In this document: positions 59,541-64,000 of the stretch, in pieces
Layout of the letters: each line of letters opens with the position of its first letter
How positions within the stretch are numbered: position 1 is the stretch's first letter
From: Candidatus Heimdallarchaeota archaeon
Lineage (GTDB): Archaea > Asgardarchaeota > Heimdallarchaeia > Heimdallarchaeales > Heimdallarchaeaceae
NCBI GenBank assembly: GCA_030603365.1
Contig: JAUVXV010000001.1
Span: 416,001-480,000 of the forward strand
Reading direction: 5' to 3'
DNA: 64,000 nucleotides
Made by a program: the position numbers and the translations under genes
The notes under the pieces: model-generated
The model's input: only the letters and a program-made list of their open reading frames with translations
What the model was told of the DNA's origin: nothing
Databases searched by the model: none

Positions 59541-60259
59541 ATGCCTCTTCTTAAACGACTAATCAGAAAATGATGAAACCCTAACTCTTCCATTTTTTTG
59601 CATGTTGTCTCAACATCATATTCTATTCTTATGTGTTCATATTCAAAATCCCTTGATTTTTCATTTATCTCGAATGTCATGAATGAAGCTTTAGGATTGT
59701 TATCTCTAGGTTGACCAACTGATCCAGGATTCAGTAGATGTTTTCCTTCATTAACAATGTGTAGAGGTTTATGAGTGTGACCTAAGAATAGGAAGTCAAT
59801 CTCAGTATATTCTCTTGTTATTTCAAAAAACATATTGTAAGACCATGAAGGTAGGTCTGGTGAAACATAATCTCTTAATGGTCTTCTTGGAGAACCATGA
59901 ACAAACATAGCATTTCCCTCAGTTATGAAAAGAGGAAATATAGAGAAGAATGGATGAGAACCTAATAACAGTTTTTCGTGTTGAGTGAGTTGAGTTTTTG
60001 TCCAAGATAAGGAAATCTTTGGTAGGGGATTAAAATATTTGAAATTATCCTTAAATATTGCATAATCATGATTACCAACGACATGGATTTGAGCAGTATT
60101 TTCAACAATATCTAAACACTCTTTCGGATTTGGTCCATATCCAACAGTATCTCCTAAATATATTATTATGTCAGGAGATAAATCATTGATCTTGTCAACT
60201 ACTACCGTTAATGCTTCCAGATTTGCGTGAACATCTGAGAAGATTGCTAAAGTAATCAT
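59537..60259 (-). CDS. Calcineurin-like metallophosphoesterase
   Basis: SDVHAN, LGDTVGYG, GNHD, HGSP, GHTH, NPGSVGQPRD. Confidence 0.95.
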   Translation of the reverse strand: MITLAIFSDVHANLEALTVVVDKINDLSPDIIIYLGDTVGYGPNPKECLDIVENTAQIHVVGNHDYAIFKDNFKYFNPLPKISLSWTKTQLTQHEKLLLGSHPFFSIFPLFITEGNAMFVHGSPRRPLRDYVSPDLPSWSYNMFFEITREYTEIDFLFLGHTHKPLHIVNEGKHLLNPGSVGQPRDNNPKASFMTFEINEKSRDFEYEHIRIEYDVETTCKKMEELGFHHFLISRLRRGI

Positions 60260-60357
60260 CGATTTCTCTCACTTATAGTTGCTAATTATTCTTCCTAATA
60301 ATAAGTATTTGTTCAAAAATATGTAAAAAGAAAAAGGAAAGAATAAACTAATTCAGC

Positions 60358-62355
60358 TTATACTTCTTCTTTATTTTTGTATTTCCTTGTAGAAATAGCA
60401 CCAATAACCACTAAGCCTAAAGAAGCAAAGAACAATATCATGGCTATCACATCAAGCTTAATTTTTCTGCCCACTTCTGGATCCATGAAAACTTCTACTA
60501 ATTGAGTTTCATTATAACCATAACCTCTTTTATGCATGCGAACAGTAACATCCACATAATTTGCCCTTATTGTGTCATTTGGTGTTATAGCACCAGTAAA
60601 ATTCACATTATCTATAGTTGGTACTAGATCTTCTTGATTTCGGTCGGCTTTAAGTTCAAGTATAACTACCCAAACACGAAGGTTTTCTACAACTGTGTCA
60701 TTATCCCCTGACACAGAAATTTGAACATTGATTATTCCACCTTCTGCAATTTCTGTTTCTTCAACCACAAAATTATCATATGATAGTTGGTGCTGTAAAT
60801 TGAATAACCATTGTATCTGTCTGATAAGTAGGTGTTTATTATCTGCTTTTAGGATATTTGTTGTATTGAACATGTCAGCTGAAGCAGAAACTATTAATTT
60901 TCCACCTCTTTGTAGTTCAACGGCTGCTTGGAAAACTGCTGAATCATTCAGTTGAAAATCTATACTGGTATTTAACATTAAGTCATCGTCTAAATCAATA
61001 TAAAATTCTCCAGTTTTGTTTAATGTTGCATATAGGTCTCCTTCTTGGAATTGTATATACATTTCTCCAAAAGTTCCATTGAAAGTAAAGTTTAACGCAG
61101 ATCCTTGATAGAAAATTGAAAATACTTCTTCATTTGTCATTACGGTTGAATCTGTAAGGTAAGGTATATCGATAATATCACTTGAATAAAGATTTATTGT
61201 AGAATTTATACCTAGATCTTCTGAAAAAACTGTAGAGTTATAGATTTGAAGACCGAAATTTTCCAATAGTTTATTTATAGGATCATCATCTGCTGAAACT
61301 TCTCCCATTACATACAAACTTCCACCTGCAGTTGTATAAAATCTGAGTGCTTCTATTTCCTCATCAGATAGCTCAGTTTGCGCCCCAACTAAGATAATTA
61401 AATCATAACTTTTGATTGTGTTATACGTCAATGTAAATGATTCATCTTCAAATTTCAGCGTATTATTAAATCCATAGCTGTCAAGAATAGTATCAACTAC
61501 TGTAAGATTGTAATCATTTGTATATTCTGAATCTGATACATATGTTAAGACACTCTTTTCAGACAAATCTTCCTCATATGAGAAAAATTCGTAAGTAGGA
61601 TCTAATCTGAAAACTTTCCAAGGAGTAACTCTGTTATTAAGTAATGTATGATTGTAGATTGCTGTTTTATTCTGGAATAGGATTAACATATATCTCATTG
61701 GTTCTCCTTCAGAAAGTTTAATATCATTACCTATTTCATCCATTGAATATAGCTCTTTAGCTATTTCAATAGAAATTACGTGCTTGTTGAAATCGTCTAT
61801 ATACTCACCTAATGCTGCAATTGAATTTTCTACACCTGTAACATTATCATCAGCTACCATAGAATATATTGTAGTACCATTGAAATAAATGTCTTGAGCA
61901 CCTAGTTGTCTGTAATTTACAACAACACCATCATCTGCTGTTTCATTTGAATAACCTATCCTTTTATCGAAGTTATTATCAAAAACTACAGCGAGCCAAG
62001 TATGATTACCACTGTTATATTCAACATAAACAGTACTTGTATAACTAATACCCATGAATAAATGAGTAGAGTTTGCCTGAACACGTATTGTTACAGTTAT
62101 AGCATTTATTCCTATTCCTATAGTTGCTGTTTGAACTGTAGCATTTTCCCATTCTCCTGTATAACTCTCTAAATCTCCATCAATTACGGGAGAGGTATTG
62201 TTCAAGTACACTATATCTCCGTTAGGAGCAATCTGGGTGTTTTTTTCTTCATCAGAAACCATTGCTTTCAATGATATACTGATAAAACTAGCAAAGATTA
62301 ATCCTAGTATAATTGTTGAAACTCCAATAATTTTTTTCACATATTGTGTTTGCAC
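60358..62355 (-). CDS. Cell-surface glycoprotein: DOMON/CBM9-like domain, DUF4350/GIFT(GATase)-like domain, Ig-like domain and C-terminal TM
   Basis: Signal peptide; 'PVIDG....EW'; 'YDLIIL...LSDEEIEALRFY...GGSLYVMGE...INKLL..FG'; 'GKLIV..SADMF...DN..L..I.WL'; many sequons. Confidence 0.7.
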   Translation of the reverse strand: MQTQYVKKIIGVSTIILGLIFASFISISLKAMVSDEEKNTQIAPNGDIVYLNNTSPVIDGDLESYTGEWENATVQTATIGIGINAITVTIRVQANSTHLFMGISYTSTVYVEYNSGNHTWLAVVFDNNFDKRIGYSNETADDGVVVNYRQLGAQDIYFNGTTIYSMVADDNVTGVENSIAALGEYIDDFNKHVISIEIAKELYSMDEIGNDIKLSEGEPMRYMLILFQNKTAIYNHTLLNNRVTPWKVFRLDPTYEFFSYEEDLSEKSVLTYVSDSEYTNDYNLTVVDTILDSYGFNNTLKFEDESFTLTYNTIKSYDLIILVGAQTELSDEEIEALRFYTTAGGSLYVMGEVSADDDPINKLLENFGLQIYNSTVFSEDLGINSTINLYSSDIIDIPYLTDSTVMTNEEVFSIFYQGSALNFTFNGTFGEMYIQFQEGDLYATLNKTGEFYIDLDDDLMLNTSIDFQLNDSAVFQAAVELQRGGKLIVSASADMFNTTNILKADNKHLLIRQIQWLFNLQHQLSYDNFVVEETEIAEGGIINVQISVSGDNDTVVENLRVWVVILELKADRNQEDLVPTIDNVNFTGAITPNDTIRANYVDVTVRMHKRGYGYNETQLVEVFMDPEVGRKIKLDVIAMILFFASLGLVVIGAISTRKYKNKEEV

Positions 62356-62533
62356 TTATGTCTACTCCACTGGGTTTAGTAAAGCGCTAGCTTTTGCCTT
62401 TTTAAACTTTATTTCCTCAAAGAACTTGAGAGGACATACAATGCAACAGTAGGAAAATACTTATTTGAATGAGGAGATACTGTATAAACGTAGTCTAATT
62501 TCAATCTGTAATATAGCAATCGGAGATAAGTAT

Positions 62534-63757
62534 ATGTCTGAGCTCAAAGATAAACTCCTAAAAAACGAATACAAAGACCAAGAGGAGATTAATAAATCGC
62601 CAATCTTAGCATTATTAGATATTTCAGAAGATGAATCTAAATTCCTTAAGGAAATTGGTTTGGAAACAATTGAAGATCTAGCAACTAAATGGAATGAATA
62701 TTATGAAAAAATTGCTAAGAAGATTCCTAAAGAAAGAATTAACAGCTGGATAGCTGCAAGTCGTCTTCTATCTCTGGAGGAAACAGAAAAAGTAACTGCT
62801 GGTGCTAAAATCATAATGGTTGGAATTGATAACGCTGGTAAAACCTCTCTGTCAATTGCATTGAAACATCGAGGAGCTTTATCTCTACTATTTCAAAAAC
62901 TCTATGCCTTAACACCAACAAGAGGTCTCCTTAGAAGTAAAATAGAAGTTTTTGGGATGGATGTTCATATGCATGAACTTGGAGGGCAAAATATTTACAG
63001 AGAAGACTATCTAAGTAATCCACAACAGTATTTTGTTGGTACAGACATAATCATCTTTGTAATAGATGTTCAAGCCAAAGAAAGATTTGAAGAAAGTTTT
63101 GAATATCTCAAACAAATAACGAATGTAACTAATTCCCTGAAATTGAAAGTACCATGGAAGATTTTTTTCCACAAGTCAGATCCAGAATATGAGATTGATG
63201 ACAAGAGTGAGGAAGTATTCAGTTCAGTAATTGATTATATGTCTAAAAATTGTCCTCATTTTAATCCTGCAAAGGATTTATTTAGAACTAGTGTGAAAAT
63301 CAGATCCTCGATCTTGGGCTCCTTTTCTCACATATTTAGAGAAATCTCTCTGATACAAGAAGGAGTACAGAATGCTTCACAAACCATTTCTGAAGAACTA
63401 AAAGCAGATTTCTTTGGGTTATATGATTTTAGAAGTAATGTGTGTTTTGCACAATTCGCTAAGGATGAAGAACTGATAGATTTATCGCATAATGCATATT
63501 ATGAAGCCATAGAAACAATAGTCAATATGAGAGAACCATTTTTGAGAATAAGACGATATACTCTTGAAAATGAGGTTAATGAAATATTCATCTTGAGGGA
63601 TTTACGTTTTGGTGGTGACCGTTACATAATGGCTATGCTAACTCAAGATGAAGAGATGGCTAGAAATCTTGATCAAGATGCTATTCAAGATGTAATTGAA
63701 GAACAACTAAAAGATTGGATTGAATTCCGAGGATATGCAGCTTTCCCCTTGGAATAA
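62534..63757 (+). CDS. Arf/Rag-like small GTPase with an N-terminal HhH-like domain and a C-terminal roadblock-like domain
   Basis: G1 GIDNAGKT, G2 TPT, G3 ELGGQ, 'IFVIDVQ', G4 HKSD, TS; N-terminal 'L..IGLETIEDLA'. Confidence 0.85.
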   Translation: MSELKDKLLKNEYKDQEEINKSPILALLDISEDESKFLKEIGLETIEDLATKWNEYYEKIAKKIPKERINSWIAASRLLSLEETEKVTAGAKIIMVGIDNAGKTSLSIALKHRGALSLLFQKLYALTPTRGLLRSKIEVFGMDVHMHELGGQNIYREDYLSNPQQYFVGTDIIIFVIDVQAKERFEESFEYLKQITNVTNSLKLKVPWKIFFHKSDPEYEIDDKSEEVFSSVIDYMSKNCPHFNPAKDLFRTSVKIRSSILGSFSHIFREISLIQEGVQNASQTISEELKADFFGLYDFRSNVCFAQFAKDEELIDLSHNAYYEAIETIVNMREPFLRIRRYTLENEVNEIFILRDLRFGGDRYIMAMLTQDEEMARNLDQDAIQDVIEEQLKDWIEFRGYAAFPLE

Positions 63758-63854
63758 AATAATCTCTTATTTCTCTATTATTTATTTGTTCATTTTGAAA
63801 ATGTGAAATGACAAATAAATCTTTAAAGAAACAGTCTATCCTTTTGCAAAAGAT

Positions 63855-63945
63855 GCTCCGATAGCTCAGATGGCCTAGAGCGGTGATCTCGTAAATCGCT
63901 CGAGAAAGTCACAGAACGGGGGTTCAAATCCCCCTCGGGGCTCCA
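63855..63945 (+). tRNA. tRNA-Thr(CGT) with a 13-nt intron at 37/38 (63894-63906); CCA encoded
   Basis: GCTCCGA/TCGGGGC-T-CCA; anticodon stem GTGAT/GTCAC; BHB with central helix CTCG/CGAG and 3-nt bulges. Confidence 0.93.
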
Positions 63946-64000
63946 ATTCTAACATTTCTGCTTAAAGTTTAAATATATCCACACTTCTTCTAGACTATGA

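Overview
A gene-dense, AT-rich (roughly one-third GC by eye) archaeal chromosome segment. An Asgard archaeon, probably Heimdallarchaeia, is inferred from BHB-type tRNA introns, a two-domain eukaryote-like Rpb5, Rab- and Rag/Arf-like small GTPases, TPR-roadblock/longin and HEAT proteins, Tsr3 and OapABC homologues. The window holds about 65 CDS and three tRNAs: Tyr-GTA with two inserts, Arg-CCT, and Thr-CGT with a 13-nt intron. Metabolic and defence genes include tungsten AOR/ferredoxin/MoaD, superoxide reductase, F420 genes (cofC, cofD, a DDN-type enzyme), three fructose-1,6-bisphosphate enzymes, two arsenic-related loci, bshA/bshC and a PlsY-like acyltransferase. No CRISPR array, rRNA or transposase was seen. 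The best candidates for new biology are: (1) a translationally coupled locus with a membrane protein ending in a Gly-rich (Cys-Ala)6-GGGR tail, an RRE/PqqD-radical SAM-SPASM maturase and a methyltransferase, which looks like RiPP-type modification of a membrane protein; (2) an unannotated ~360-nt highly structured RNA or element at 16515-16876 with an alternative pairing next to a start codon; (3) an RNA polymerase Rpb5 with a histone-H1-like repeat tail; and (4) an unannotated Cys-Cys micropeptide and a 9-bp periodic operator in the arsM operon. All family calls come from motif recognition by eye; no searches were run.
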